Positions 1-13,744 of a stretch of DNA of 64,000 nucleotides are shown piece after piece. A program made the position numbers and the translations under genes. Numbering within the stretch: position 1 is the first letter of the stretch; each line of letters begins with the position of its first letter. Source of the DNA: Octopus sinensis (taxonomy: Eukaryota); contig NC_042999.1 in assembly GCF_006345805.1 (NCBI RefSeq), forward strand, positions 169,508,001 to 169,572,000, in the 5' to 3' direction. The notes under the pieces were generated by a model. That model searched no databases. It worked only from the letters and a program-made list of their open reading frames with translations, and was not told where the DNA came from.

Positions 1-946
1 AACTACATCTCTTAACTTTTGTGGATTTCTAATTTTAGATCCTCTTCTAACTAATGCCACTATGTACTACACCTGCTTCAAATATTCTACATCACTAATA
101 ATTCAAAGAACTTGTGTTCAGAAACAAGCAGGGATAGGCTTTTCATTCCTCAGCAGCACTACTGAAAGAAGAGATAGTTGGTATTACTAATATCTGACAA
201 GCTTCCCATCCAACTAGAATTACTCTCCCTCAAAAGGATGAAGGTTTAAGCGAACTTTAAGTCTCTGCAGAAAGACTTAGAATTGAAAAAGACCTGCTTG
301 TCACTTCATATCATTTAGAGGAAATTTTGCAACTTTGCCATTGATATTTTGGTCCTTTGCCTTGCCCAATTTGGAAGAGTGACCATACACACCTGCACAT
401 ATATTCCCACACTTCTAAAACCAATTTCAATTTAAAATCTTGAAGCCTGTCATTGGCTTCCTTCACACACATCAGTGTTGTTTATTTGAAAAGTGGTGGT
501 GAATTGTTGTTTAATTTGCTTTATTTTTATGTCATAAGGAAAGTTGTTTCCCTTATGATTATAACTAAAAAGAATTAAACTAATACTTTTTGCCTATTTT
601 TGAATAAATGTGTGTATGATTTATAGTTCGGACAACAGAAAATAAATATCTTTTTGGTAAAGGACAAAATTCACAACTTACCTTTTACTCTTCAGAAAAT
701 CTCTTAGGCTGGTTAATGTCTTCCACCTAACTAAGACTAACAGTAGCCATCAGCCCCTGTAAACCCCTGTGTATGATTAAAGGAGTAAGTTTGGTGATAA
801 GTAACTTACAGCATTGTACTAGTTCCATCAATAACAATAAAAATTAGAAGTAATATTTATCACCACCCACACGTGGGCATTCTATTAGAACAGATGATAC
901 TGCTATTTTCACCCCAGGAGAACACCGCCTCCAGCTGGTTATTGAA

Positions 947-1128
947 TGCACTTTGCTCTCGATATATATTGCAACTGGGGATAGACCCTCCCCCCCCACT
1001 CCTACTATTCTAGCTCAAAGACCACCAGATCATCCTCCTAAGGTTGAAATCATGTGATCAGGTAGTCTCTGAGCTAGAATAGTAGGGGTTCTCTCCCCAC
1101 TTGTAATATATACTGAGTGTGAAGTGCA
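947..1128. mobile_element. Small foldback / MITE-like imperfect inverted repeat
   Basis: Arm 947-1017 (tgcactt...atatatattgcaactgggga...cctactattctagctca) is mirrored by arm 1070-1128 (tgagctagaatagtagg...tccccacttgtaatatatac...aagtgca). Confidence 0.5.
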
Positions 1129-2036
1129 ACCCACTTAAACCAATGTAAATATTCTGCAAAGCTTTCCGCTGTCCTATGTCCAGAAGTTTAGATAATACAA
1201 AGATCATCCTCCATACTACAAAAAGCTATAGTTTCATGGTGATCTTCCCTATTTTCTAATATGTTTTTGTTTTTGTTGTCAATAATATTTGTTTTCATGT
1301 CAAATCCTTAATTAACTTAAGTTGATAGTAAACTACTTTGTCCTTCTTCAGTCAACCACAGAATCTGAGACACTTATTCATCAAGTGCTACCCCGGGGTC
1401 AGTTATCTGTCCAAAAAGGGAAAGGAGACACTACTATACGCAGGTCAACCCACATGATTGATCAGAAAGTGTCAGAACTCACTGAAGAGGTTTTTGATGA
1501 AAATTTAGGGAAACCTGTCTTAAAAACATATAGAATTACTGAAAAAACATTAGAGCATGAGGTAGGGTGCCACAGGGTTACACATGGTATAACAGTGCCA
1601 TGTGATGCCATGCAGTGACACGATTAGTTAACATTTTGGTTTTGGCTTTGGTTATTTTCATTATTTTGTTTTGGTTTTTGTTTCTTTGGAAAGAACTGTT
1701 GCTGTTTTCTGCTTTTACTCTCTGAAAACTGGTTGCTTCTATCTCATGACACTCTATTAATCATTTCATTATATTTAACTTCATTCAATAATAATTGGGG
1801 ATTCCTTTCTGAATCACATAAATTAGGACAAAGATGTATTTTGACACGAAGAAGCATAAATAAAAGAGAAATATTTAAACATACAGAACTATTAGCATAT
1901 TATATCCTTGAGCAAGGCACCTGATTTTATCTTGCTCCAATCTACTCAGAGTACCAACCAGGAGCTACAGCATCATATACATCTCTTCAGTGATCACTTA
2001 CCTAATGTTCTCGCCTTGATTCCATACATACATACG

Positions 2037-2284
2037 TCTATATATATAAAACTGAGAATATGTGTGTGTGAGTCTGTCTGGCTGTGTGTCTGTATGTATG
2101 CATCACTAAAACTCGAGAACTACCCAACCAATTTCATTCAAATTTTAAATATACTTTACTTAGGGTCCATGGAGTGTCATGGGTCAAAAAAACTTTCAAC
2201 TCTTACCTAATGCAAGCCAGGAGCAATCTCGGTATTACGTGTCAAAAGTGAAACAATAACATCTCCCTATTGTAATGTGAGATA
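2037..2284 (+). mobile_element. Non-autonomous Helitron-like 5' fragment
   Basis: Begins TCTATATATATAAAA followed by gtgtgt/ctgt repeats and caaccaatttcattcaaattt; same style as the element at 48642. Confidence 0.5.
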
Positions 2285-2288
2285 TTTA

Positions 2289-2370
<82 letters not shown>

Positions 2371-2378
2371 ATATATAT

Positions 2379-2409
<31 letters not shown>

Positions 2410-2449
2410 ATATTATATATATATATATGTATATGTATACATATATATT

Positions 2450-2538
<89 letters not shown>

Positions 2539-2558
2539 ATATATATTATATATATATA

Positions 2559-2621
<63 letters not shown>

Positions 2622-2652
2622 ATATATATAATATATATATATTATATATATA

Positions 2653-2695
<43 letters not shown>

Positions 2696-2739
2696 TATAT
2701 ATATATATTATATATATATATATATATTATATATATATA

Positions 2740-2835
<96 letters not shown>

Positions 2836-2915
2836 TATATATACATATATTTATGTATGTATACATATATATTTATGTATGTATATTTATGTGTATATAT
2901 GTATATATATAGGTG
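2285..2915. repeat. Interrupted (TA)n microsatellite, about 630 bp
   Basis: Directly visible; source of the YIYI ORF at 2277-2912. Confidence 0.97.
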
Positions 2916-3149
2916 TGTGTATATGTATGTATATACACATGTAAGTATTAATTATAATAAAGGGTAAAAATCATTAATGGTTTTACCAGGGGGTCAGCAT
3001 GGAAATGAAAACCTTATAGGTAAATTTTACAAATATTTTTATAATTATTACATAATTATAACAAGGAATTGGCTATAAGCCTCTCCACACACTAGAAAAA
3101 TAGATGCCTAAAGACCCTATTACCACCTTAAAAACTCCAAAAAATAAAA

Positions 3150-4630
3150 CATGAGAAAAGCATTGTGGAAAGTCCTCCAGAAACTTGGGTGTCCTAAAAA
3201 GTTCCTTGCTTTGGTTAGGTACTTTTCATGAAGATATGAATGGTAGGGTGAATGTTAGAGGGAAAATGTCGGAGCCCATTTTAATACAAAATGGAGTGAA
3301 ACAAGGGGATATTCTGGCACCGACCCTATTTTCCATATATTTTGCAATGGTGTTCTGTATTGCATTCAGAAACTGCAGATACGGTGTTTACGTCCATTAT
3401 TGAACCTCTGGCAGCATATTTAATATCAGGCGCCTTGCTGCAAAAACAAAGAGACCTTTTGTATGCTGATGATTGTGAGCTAGTAGCACACACAGAGATT
3501 GATATGCAACACATTTTGAATGCATTCTCTGATGCTTGCACTGCCTTAGGATTAACAGTCAATCTCAAGAAAACTGTTGTCATGCATCAACCTGCCCCTG
3601 GTAAGCAGTATAGTGTACCAAATATCTATGTGTATGGTAAACGACTTGATGTAGTTGATCAGTTTGTCTACTTGGGAAGCACTATTAATATATATAGCAA
3701 TTTGGATGATGAAATTCCATATAGAATTAGGAAAGCAAGTGTTGCTTTCGGAAGGCTAGAAAAGCACCTCTGGAGTCAGTGAGACATATGCAGAAAGACA
3801 AAGATAAAGGTGTACAAGGCATGTGTGCTCCCTTCTCTTCTCTATGCCTACGAGACGTGAGTCACATATCAATACCACCTTAAACAACTGGAATGTTTCC
3901 ATCAGATGTGCCTCATAAGGATCTATGGCATTAAGTAAAAGGACCGCATCAGTGATCTTGAAATATTGGAAGGCTCTCGGTGTGAAAGTATAGAAGCTCT
4001 TGTGTTAAAGCAAAGGCTCAGATGGAGTGGTCATCTGGTCAGGATGAAGAATTCAAGGATGCCAAAGCAACTCTTTTATGGAGAGTTAGCTAAAGGAGAA
4101 CGACCCTCACATAAACTAAAAAAGAAGTATAAGGACTTGCTGAAGGCTCCCTTAAGAGATGCTTGCATCTCTCCTGACACATGGGAAGGCATAGTTATCT
4201 CGAGTTGCACATGAGAAAGTAAGGAGGGATGTCAGGAAGGGCATCGCTGTTACTCTTCCAGAAGGGAAGGGTCTTCCTTTGATGCTGACATGCAGTGCCT
4301 GTGCAAGACCCTGCCTCAGTAAAGCTTGACTCAAGAGTCATCTTCATAGTCATAAGGCGAGACAGATGAGTGACAACCTGGCCACTGGTGGTGGTGTAAC
4401 ACACCATACTAATCATATCTGTCGAGCATGTGGAAGAGAGTGTAATTTGGCAGGAGGACTTAAACGACATGCAAAGGTACATGAAGCCCAGTTACAACTA
4501 CAGCCGGGTATTGGCCGGTAAAGGTTTTAATTGCCAAATCTGTACAAGACATTGTAGATCTTTAGCTGGGCTAAAAAGTCACATTCGATCACAGCACCAG
4601 TAACAGTTCAGCTTCGATAACGAGGGGGCA

Positions 4631-4638
<8 letters not shown>
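3150..4638 (+). mobile_element. 5'-truncated RTE-clade LINE (RT C-terminal half, frameshifted)
   Basis: GVKQGDILAPTLF, LYADDCEL, FVYLGS, LRWSGHLVRM..RMPKQLFYGEL, C-terminal CQICTRHCRSLAGLKSH*; 3' tail cgataacgagggggcagccat then (TA)n. Confidence 0.93.
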
Positions 4639-4674
<36 letters not shown>

Positions 4675-4676
<2 letters not shown>

Positions 4677-4780
4677 CCAGATCAGATTGGGGCCTGGTGC
4701 AGCCTCCTGGCTTCCCAGACCCCATTTGAACCATCCAACCCATCCCAGCATGGAAAACAGACATTAAACGATGATGATGA

Positions 4781-4785
<5 letters not shown>
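4675..4785 (+). mobile_element. 3' UTR fragment of an RTE family with (GAT)n tail
   Basis: ccatccaacccatcccagcatggaaaacagacattaaacgatgatgat matches the tail attached to the RTE ORF at 45460-46670. Confidence 0.8.
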
Positions 4786-4833
<48 letters not shown>

Positions 4834-4835
4834 TA

Positions 4836-6109
4836 CTGGGTCGTCCCATAAATAATGTAACTTTTTCAATTGCATGAACTAAAAGCCAGAAGGGGATGGG
4901 ATAAACTATCTGCATCAATTTGCTATAAAAGCAGGTGGTAGTTTTACTTTGTCCTTATTCTTAGTACAAATTTTGAAGAGTGCAGTTCGATTTTAGCAGT
5001 TATTTTTTCAAAGCTATAATGGAAGTGACAAAGGAGCATATTTGGCATATTTTGCTTTTTGAGTTCAATAAAGACAACAATGCAGTGGAAAGTGTGAGGA
5101 ATCCTGATGCAGTATGTGAGGATGGGACAATAACTGTAAGCTAGTGTCAATGGTGGTTCCAGAAATTCCGAGCCAGAAACTGCAGCCTAGAAGACAGGCC
5201 TTGTCCTGGAAGATCTGTAGAGCTTCACAAGGACAACCTGTAAACCCCGGTGGAACAAAATCCCATTGTAATTGTTGAGGAATTAGCAGAGAAGCTTGGA
5301 TTTTGTCATTCAACCATTCATTGACACCTACTTGCCATTTGAAAAGTCAGCAAATTAGGTCAATGGGTTCCTCACAAACTTTCTGAATCTAATTGCATGC
5401 AGAGAGTGAATGTGTGCTCTTCTTTGCTGTCACATCTCATGAATGAACCTTTTTTGGACCGAATAGTGACTGGTGATGAGAAATGGGTTCTCTATAAAAA
5501 TGTCAAGTGCCAAAGACAGTGGGTACAGAAAGGAGAAACACTGGCACCCCAGGCTAAAGAAGGTCTTCACCCACATAATGTGTTGTTATCTGTTTGGTGG
5601 GATATGAAAGGTTTAGTCCACTTTGAACTTTCAAAATCAAACCAAACGATTACAAAGGAGATCTATGAGCACCTTGAGTCAGCGCTAGAAGAAAAACGAC
5701 CATCTTTGGTTTCAAAACAAAAGGTGATCTTCCATCAGGATAAGGCTTGGCCACGTACAGTGAGGATGACATTCCAAAAGACCGGAGCAGTTTGAATGGG
5801 AAATGATGTCCTACTCACCATATTCACCAGACATTGCCCCATCTGATTATCATTTATTTGCAGTCTTCAAAATCATTTGGATGGAAAGAATATGAACTCT
5901 GTAGACAAGGTCAGAACAGTACTGGAGGAGTATTTTTCATGACAGACCAGTGACTTTTGGAAGAGGGGGGCCTTGCAAGTCTACCAGATAGATGGAAAAG
6001 CATTGTAGAAAATGAAGGAGAGTAGATTTTAGATTAAAAAAGAACTTTATCTAAATTTTGAAATATAAAAGTAGTATAAAAAAACCGCATTATTTATGGA
6101 ATGACCCAA
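4836..6109 (+). mobile_element. Full-length decayed mariner (DD34D) transposon
   Basis: TIRs ctgggtcgtcccataaataatg / cattatttatggaatgacccaa with TA target-site duplication (TSD); WVPH, IVTGDEKW, LSVWWD, FHQD and YSPDIAPSDYHLF motifs across frames. Confidence 0.92.
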
Positions 6110-6111
6110 TA

Positions 6112-6800
6112 TGTGGTCTGATCAATATCCAAACTATTGCCATAGTTATGAAGCTAAAGTAAGCAGAGTAAAGCCGCTTGGCACAAATTGACCTTGAACT
6201 CTGCTGGGCATGCACACTAAGTTTTAACATTCTAGTTCACTTCTGCCATTTACAGCAGTTCTTGGAAGGAACATGTATAGCATGTGATTGTCGCATTGAC
6301 CATGACAGAGAAAGTTGAGCAGAGAATCTGCATCAAATTTTGCCAAAAGCTTGGGGATCCCTGTTCAGGGGCCTACACAAAGTTTTCAAAAAGTTTTCAC
6401 CGTTCTCAAGACAATCAAGGAGATGTTGTGTAACTGAAACCTGAAAGCAGTTTTGGCACAAACTGGGCAGACATGTGTCTCATACCAAAATCTTCTGTGA
6501 TAATGGACTGAACTGAGCCATAATAATCTGCACATTCTCTGATAATTCATGGATGGTCATTTGATGATTTCTCCTCACAGCTGCATGCATATCTGTGATG
6601 TTTTTCTCAGTTCTACTGGTTGTGGGTCTCTCAGAACGTTTGTCAATATCGACATTTTTTTGGCCATCTTGGAAACATCTGAACCACTTGTACACTTGGC
6701 TCATACACTCTTCTCCATACACTTTCTGCAAGTTTGCACTGGCCTCTGAGCAGGTATCACCATGACAACATACACTTGGCCCTATCTATTGCAACTACAA
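6112..6800 (+). mobile_element. Partial mariner of a second family, with an internally inverted segment
   Basis: Plus strand gives MTEKVEQRICIKFCQKLG...; the continuation LQKVYGEECMS...SAQFVPKLL is on the minus strand at about 6387-6735; HHDN resumes on plus near 6757. Confidence 0.75.
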
Positions 6801-6915
6801 CACCCCTTCATCTTGTCTCACAAGTAACATTGTATTTAGCATAACAGTGATTATGAACACTACAACACCAACCCCAGCCACACATATATGGACCAACAGC
6901 AAATAGTTCAAAATA

Positions 6916-8173
6916 TCAGGTCATCCCATAAGTTCTGTCCGATTTTACTTTTTTTTTTAAATTGAATGAAATTTAATAGTATTTTAGAATGTCTAATGGA
7001 ATTAAAAATTATTTTTATGCATTTGTGTACATTTAAACTAATTAAATATTATTTTACAGAATAATAGAATTAAAATTTCTTTGATTGAAACCCTTTCTAA
7101 CATGGAAATATCGAAGGCACATAATGCTCTATGAGTACAAAAAGGGAAACTCTGCAGCCAAACCAACTCAAACACACTCAGTTTATGGGAAAGAATGCTT
7201 GAATGAAAGAACTTGCAGAAGATGGTTTGCAAAATTCAGAAGTGGAGATTTCAGCCTTGAAGATGAAGATCGAACAGGACATCCTGATAAGCTTGTTGAG
7301 GCATTACTTGAAGAAAATCCTGCATTATCAGTTGAAGAATTGGCAATAAAGCTTAGTTCAAACCATACAACATCATCATCTTCAACAACATGGAAAGGTT
7401 CCTAAACTTGGAAAATGGGTGCCTCATGAATTGTCTGAAAGCAACTGCAAATCCCGAGTTGACATCTGCTCTTCTCTCTATTCTCGTGAACTCATTTCAC
7501 CCATTTTGGATAGACTTGTGACTAGTGACGAAAAAGGGATCTTCTATCGAAATGTTAAATGTCGTAAACAGTGGCTTGGTAAAAGGGAAAAAGCTCAACC
7601 ACAACCGAGATGGGAACTTCATAGGAAAAAGGTTCTTCTCTCTATCTGGTAGGATTGCAAAGGAGCAATTCACTTTGGATTGTTACCACCTAATGCAACA
7701 ATCAATGCTCAAGTCTACTGTCAGCAATTAGAGCGTTTGAACCAAGCTTCGAAGAAAAAAGCCCTGCTTTAGTGAATAAAAAAGGAGTGATGTTTCATGA
7801 GGACAATGCGCAACCCCACACTGCAAAGATCACATCACAGAAGATCGAAGAGTTTGGTTGGGAAAAAATTCCCCATCCACCTTATTCTCCCGATCTTGCT
7901 CCTTCAGACTACCATTTGTTTCGTAGTTTACAGAATCATTTGGGGGACATAACTCTCGCAAGCCAGGAAGAGGTCAAAACTGACCTTTCAGAGTTCTTCG
8001 CTTTGAAATCAAAAGAGTATTACATTGATCGGATTAAAAAGCTTGTAAATAGATGGAAGGAAGTCACAGATAATCAGGGAAAGTACATGGATGATTAAAT
8101 TTTAATTAAATATCACATTTGATCACTTGTTTTCTTTATTCAAAATTCAAGCAGAACTTATGGGATGACCTGA
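6916..8173 (+). mobile_element. Full-length decayed mariner transposon
   Basis: Perfect 22-bp TIR tcaggtcatcccataagttctg with TA TSD; WVPHEL, LVTSDEK, FHEDNAQPH and PPYSPDLAPSDYHLF in ORFs 7085-8098. Confidence 0.95.
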
Positions 8174-9333
8174 TATAATACAACTCCCCAGACATATTTC
8201 TTGCAACCTTAAAGAGGAAAAAAACATAGATGAACACAGAAGTTCAAAAATATCTCAGCATTAATTGAAAATTAGTCCTTAGCACAACCATACCAATCAA
8301 ACAAACAATGTCAACTTCGCCCTACTGAATCCTATCAAATTCTCTTCTTTAAAACCCATCTACTATACTGCAACTTTGTAATAATCTTCTCCTGCAAGCA
8401 CAAAATTTTTAACACTCTAAGAGATTTCAAACTTGTAAATTTTTCCAACATGTAACTTCTACTATATCCTGTATACAAAAAATCTCCAACTAATAACTAG
8501 CATTATTACATCTTTCACAGCCTTTTCTATATCCACTACAATTAGCTACAATTCTGCAATTATCCACTACAAAGACCTATATACATCCTTCTAGATAAGT
8601 GCATTGCATCAAGAATATTGCCACTCATATGCACATTCAGCTCTACATACTAGAGGGCTTGTGATACACATATGCTCAAAATCCGCATGTGTGGAGAAAT
8701 TCGCTGATTGGTCATTTGTGCTAACAGGGAAAATGAACATAGAAATGATGATGATGATAGGTTCCACTAAAATTTTGTTCTGTACCTAAGTTTACTCAAA
8801 TCATTCTGCTTCAACTAAATTAATCTTACTAACAAACTAATTGAAACATGCAATGAAACTAAACATACTATTATGCTTTATAATATATTTGTATTATGGT
8901 TAACAATTCTGCTTGCTTTTTTGAACTCTGATTGCTTGGTTAAAGATCTAGTGTACTTATATAATGCACAAACATCTAATTGCACTAAAATTTATTTTGG
9001 CCTTCCTCCTACACTATAATCATCACACTCCCTACAGAGTTGTAATTGTCGGAAGCAATAAAACAATAAATTGGTGAAACTCTTACCAAAGCTAAATTTT
9101 ACATGGGAAGTAGAATAGCAGTACAGATGTACAAAAGTAGCAGCTAAGGACACCTTAATTAACAATCATCCTAAAATAATAACTTTTGTACACCATAAAA
9201 TTTTCGAAACACAAATATTTCCAGCCTATTTCCTATTCTTCAAAGCCAGTCATTTGTAAGGTAATAGAATTATCCCATTCCTGACAACACATCAAGACTA
9301 AACTCCTCATGCTTTGAAACGCACATATACATA

Positions 9334-10395
9334 TCAGGTCAGCCCATAAGTAATGTCCGAATTTTGGGTAAGGAAAAAAAGTGATTTAACTTTGCAGTTT
9401 ATTAACATTTAATCCTGTATATAATTCCTATCATTATTGATGACTTCCTTCCATCTACTCATCAGTTTTTTAATTCCATTGGTGAAAAATTCTTTTGGTT
9501 TTGATGAGAAGAAGGAAGAGAGCTCAGTTTGAATACTAATCCATCGAAATGATTCTGTAAGCTTTGAAACAAATGGTAATCTGAAGGAGCAAGGTCCAGG
9601 GAATAAAGTGGGTTTGTGGTGGCTCAAAGTGAATGACTCCAATGCAATTTCACCAAACAGAAAGGAGAACCTGTTTTTTCAAGGAGGTCCTTTTGGGGTT
9701 GTGGTTTAGCCTGTTCTCCACAACTAAGTCATTGCCTGCATCACTTAACATTTTCATAAAAAATCCATTTTTCATCACCAGTCACTAATCTGCCCAAAAA
9801 TGGTGAGATAAACCCACAAGAGATAAGCAAAGAGATAAGCAGATGTCTACCTGTGGTTTTCAGTTGACTTCTGTCAAATTATGAGGAACCCATTTTCCAA
9901 GTTTGGGCACCTTTCTAAGCTGTTAAAGATGTCAGTGAACAGTTGAATGAACTTTCTGACTAATTCTTCAAGAGACACAGCATTATCCTTCTCAAGCTCT
10001 GACAAAAGATGCTCATCATCAAATTTAACAGGGCATCCAATTTGTGTCCTCTCTCTTAGGCTGAAATCAGCATTTTTGAACTTTGCAAACCATCTTCTGC
10101 TACCTCTTTCATTCAAGCACTCTTCCCCATAAACAGAATGGATATTTTGAGTTGCTTCTGTTGCATTGTTTCCCTTTTTGAACTCGTAAAGTATTCTGCT
10201 CCTGCAATATGTCCATCTTTGAGGGGTTAATATTAGTAATAAATTCAGTCAGATTATTCTGTAAAAAGAAATTCTATTAAGTTAAAGGTTTCCAAATTCA
10301 TATGAGTATCAATACCATTTAACATTTTAGAATGCTGTAAAATTTGATAAAATTATATATATGATATTTTCAACATTATTTATGGGATGCCTTGA
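9334..10395 (-). mobile_element. Internally deleted mariner related to 6916-8173
   Basis: TIR tcaggtcagcccataagtaatgt and a degenerate inverted copy at 10373-10395, TA flanks; ORF remnants RRWFAKFK and KKLMSRWKEVINND. Confidence 0.85.
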
Positions 10396-10563
10396 TATAT
10401 TTATTGACAAAAGTATCTTTTCCTCTACAATAATTCATAACTTTATTATTTGGTTTTGTGTTTTATTATTATTATTAGTAGTAATTGTTTTATTATGGGT
10501 TTTTATTAGCCTTTCATTTTTATTAGTTTTGCATTTTCCTATTCCCTATTTTACTTATACTTA

Positions 10564-11678
10564 TAAGGTGCATTCAAAAAGTATCCGACTTTATTTTTTC
10601 CCACCCAAACTAATGCAATATGGGCAAAATCCTTTGGGTGGAAGGTGATGCCACTTTTCCTGCACATGTGTGAAAGTTTTCATGCTGGTAAGCCATGCCA
10701 GTTCCTAGCTGTTATACTTTTGTCCAAGCTTGTCGAATTTTCATTTTCATGTAAGATGACTAAACACATCAACTTTTGCCAAAAGCTTGGTGATACTCAA
10801 GCTCAAACCATCCAGAAGATTCGTCAGGCTTCAAACATGGCCGCACCTCAGTGGAAAGTGAGCCAAAATAAGGAGCCAATTGAGAAAATTTAGCAAATAG
10901 TCATGGAAGACCATCATGTAGCAATCCAGGAAATTGCTCATGAAGTGGGAAAAAGCTTAGGATCAGAGCATTCCATTTCAACGGAGGATTTGTGCATGCT
11001 ATGAGTGTTGGAAAAATTTGACCCCAAGGTGCTGGTGAAGCAGTAGAAGCAACTTTGCATGGAAATTGCTCAGGACTGTGCAAACCATAACCCAGACTTC
11101 ATGAAAACCATCATCATGGGTGATAAGACATGGATTTATGTTTACGACTGGGAAACCAACTTCCACTTCTTCCAATCCTCATCAAGGCCCCCAAAAGTGT
11201 GACAGGTTCTTTGACTCTCATGGTGAATGTGCATGATGAATATGCACCATGAGGCCAAGCAATCAATAAAGAGGTTACAATTGCCTTCATGATGCTGTAT
11301 GTTGAAACCAGACAGACATGGGAGCAGCAAAGAATTGGCAACAATGTGCCCACTCATTTCAAGCTTTCCTGGTCAAGGACAACACACTACTTGTTGGACA
11401 TGCTCCCTACTTTCCTGATTTGGCACCATATGACTTCTGCTCTTCCCCAAGCTGAAAGGGAAGCAATTTGAGGAAATTATGAGAAAAGCCATAGCAGAGC
11501 TCCATAACATTCTAGTGAAGGCATTGCAAAAGTGTTACCAGGAGTGGTAGAACTGCTGGGAGTTCACGTGTGTGAACTCTCAAGGGGAGTATTTTGAAAG
11601 GGATTAGATAAAATTTGTGAAATCTACAAAATTGTTTTTCTTATGCCAAAAGGTTGTATTCTTTTTGAACGCACCTTG
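10564..11678 (+). mobile_element. Decayed mariner (family similar to the 6112 element)
   Basis: TIRs aaggtgcattcaaaaagta / tattctttttgaacgcacctt; INFCQKLGDT, IIMGDKTWIY and a degraded PPYSPDLAP-equivalent region. Confidence 0.85.
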
Positions 11679-12359
11679 TTCATTTTCATTTATAATTACC
11701 TCTGTCTATCCGCAGACACTTTTATGCCAACTTTATAATTTTACCTGTTTCTTTGTCAACCATGCATTATATATTTCTATTAATTTAACCTTCTTATTTC
11801 TATTTAATATCACCTGTCATAAAATTTTCAGTTGCTTCAAATCTCCCTCATAGCTGTTATCCTAGTTATTTTGTTCTGTTTTTTAATCATTTACGCTTAT
11901 TCATACTAGTCTAAATAGATATTTTTTTTATTGTATTATATATTTGTTGACTCTTCCTTTTATTCGTACACTCAAATTTTTTTTCTAGTTTATTAACAAC
12001 CTACTTATTTTCATTAACATCATTACTATTATTATTACTAATGTTTTTACTGTTTACATTCATCACAATCATTATCGTGTTTATAATTATTAAATTACAT
12101 GACCCCTTTTTTTGTCATTTCTTATTTTTAGTGAACCATATACTTTGTGTTTTATAAGTGAACCTGTCAGGTTTACCTTACATATACGTCAACAATCTTG
12201 CATCATCATTTTTTTCATACAAATTCAGTGCTTAAATTTTGTTTGTGTTTATATATTCATGTCTGGCACCTAATTAGTCATTCATTATTTTCTTTTTAAT
12301 TTAAATACATTTCCAATTTGTTATATCTTACGTGATCTTTGAATTTATCTTTTATCGTT

Positions 12360-12526
12360 AAACTGTAGTGATGCTGGGGCACCACCTTGAACAATTTAGT
12401 CAAACAAATCAACTCCAATACTTATTATTTTTTATCAGTCTCTTTTTGCTGAACTGTTGAGTTATGAAGACATTAACAAATCAACATCAGTTGTCAAGCA
12501 AGTTGGACAAAGAAATACACACTTAG

Positions 12527-12559
<33 letters not shown>

Positions 12560-12740
12560 AATACAAACACACAAGTATATACAATGAGCTTCTTTCAGTT
12601 TCTGCCTACCAAATCCACTCAGAAAGCTTTGGTTGGCCTAGAGCTATAGTATAGGACACTTGCCCAAAGTGCCATGTAGTGGGACTGAACCCAGAACCAT
12701 GGGGTTGGGAAGCAAACTTCTTACCACACAGACATGCCTG
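12360..12740 (-). mobile_element. tRNA-derived SINE (family shared with 36240-36585)
   Basis: Minus strand shows tRNA-like head with GGTTCAGTCCC B-box-like motif, then gcactttgggcaagtgtcc and ggatttggtaggcagaaactgaaagaag; second copy elsewhere in window. Confidence 0.75.
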
Positions 12741-13744
12741 GGAAATTTTTTATGGAGTTGTCTTTGTTGAAGCTTTTTTGTTTCCATACCACCATTTACA
12801 TAGGTGTAAAAACATTTTTCTATACTGTTTTACATATCATCCTCACCTATCCCAATTTTCTTATTACCTGAAATAAGTTAGACTGAGATTGTGTGATGTC
12901 AGAAACCACACAATTTCAGCAGAGATCTATCTCTCACTCTTTATTTGGTCTGCTCTATAATTAACAGTGTTCTAATATTGACATCTCATCTTTTTTTTTT
13001 CAAGTACTATGTATCCAGGACTACTTTCCCTATTGTATCATTGTTTAGACAGTAGAATAGGATTTTAATGAAATTTGGCTATTATTTATAGCAGGGTGAC
13101 AATTTCATATGACATAGAAAAAACTGCCGTTCAAATCGAAAAGATCCTATCATTCCATCTTTGAACTTCTCTGCATTAAGATCTAAAATGTAAGATCTTC
13201 TCTACTCTGAAGATGGAGGCTCATCTCATCCTATGTTAAATACATCCATACGGTCGTATTTTGTAATGGACTAAATCTACCAACATTATTATGGATCACT
13301 GAGCCCCCAGACACAGCTGTTGGACTTTTTTTTCCACCCTTTAAATTTCATAAGAACTGACTCAGGCCTGAGCACCCCATGCCAGCATGGAAAGCAGACA
13401 TAAAATGTTGATTTCATTAAAACTCTGTCGTGAATACAGCTATTGTATCATATTATCAACTAATATTTTTAACAGAATCAAAATGAAAGCTGTCTTTATT
13501 TTTCAGCTGATGCTGGAATAAATCTGATTGCACCTTCATAATCTTGTTTTCAGGTTGAAGTCACAAAGCAACAGATTTACAAATTGAAATTAAATGATGA
13601 TCAATATGTACAGTCTGAGCAGCAGTGACAGTAAATATCAGGTATGTGTAACTTGATTGTCTATTCCTCTTCAAGTAAATTTGAATTTAGATACTATTTT
13701 GTATTTCATATTTTGAGGGTTTTTTTTTACATATAAAGTCAAAA

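Noticed and set aside
301-726. Possible minus-strand exons at 682-726 (ag...|gtaagt) and 301-392 (GVYGHSSKLGK...MK*)
   Set aside because: Phases do not join into the attractive frame, there is no homology clue, and such signals arise by chance; would need RNA-seq.
1322-1618. 98-aa ORF of ordinary composition
   Set aside because: Non-ATG start, no recognisable motif, and no convincing splice-site pair; cannot be supported as a gene.
2277-2912. 211-aa YIYI ORF, and similar ORFs at 18713-20231, 27450-27842, 35609-36047, 40733-41308, 43337-43576 and 47850-48852
   Set aside because: Translations of (TA)n/(TG)n/(TATG)n microsatellites, which lack stop codons by construction.
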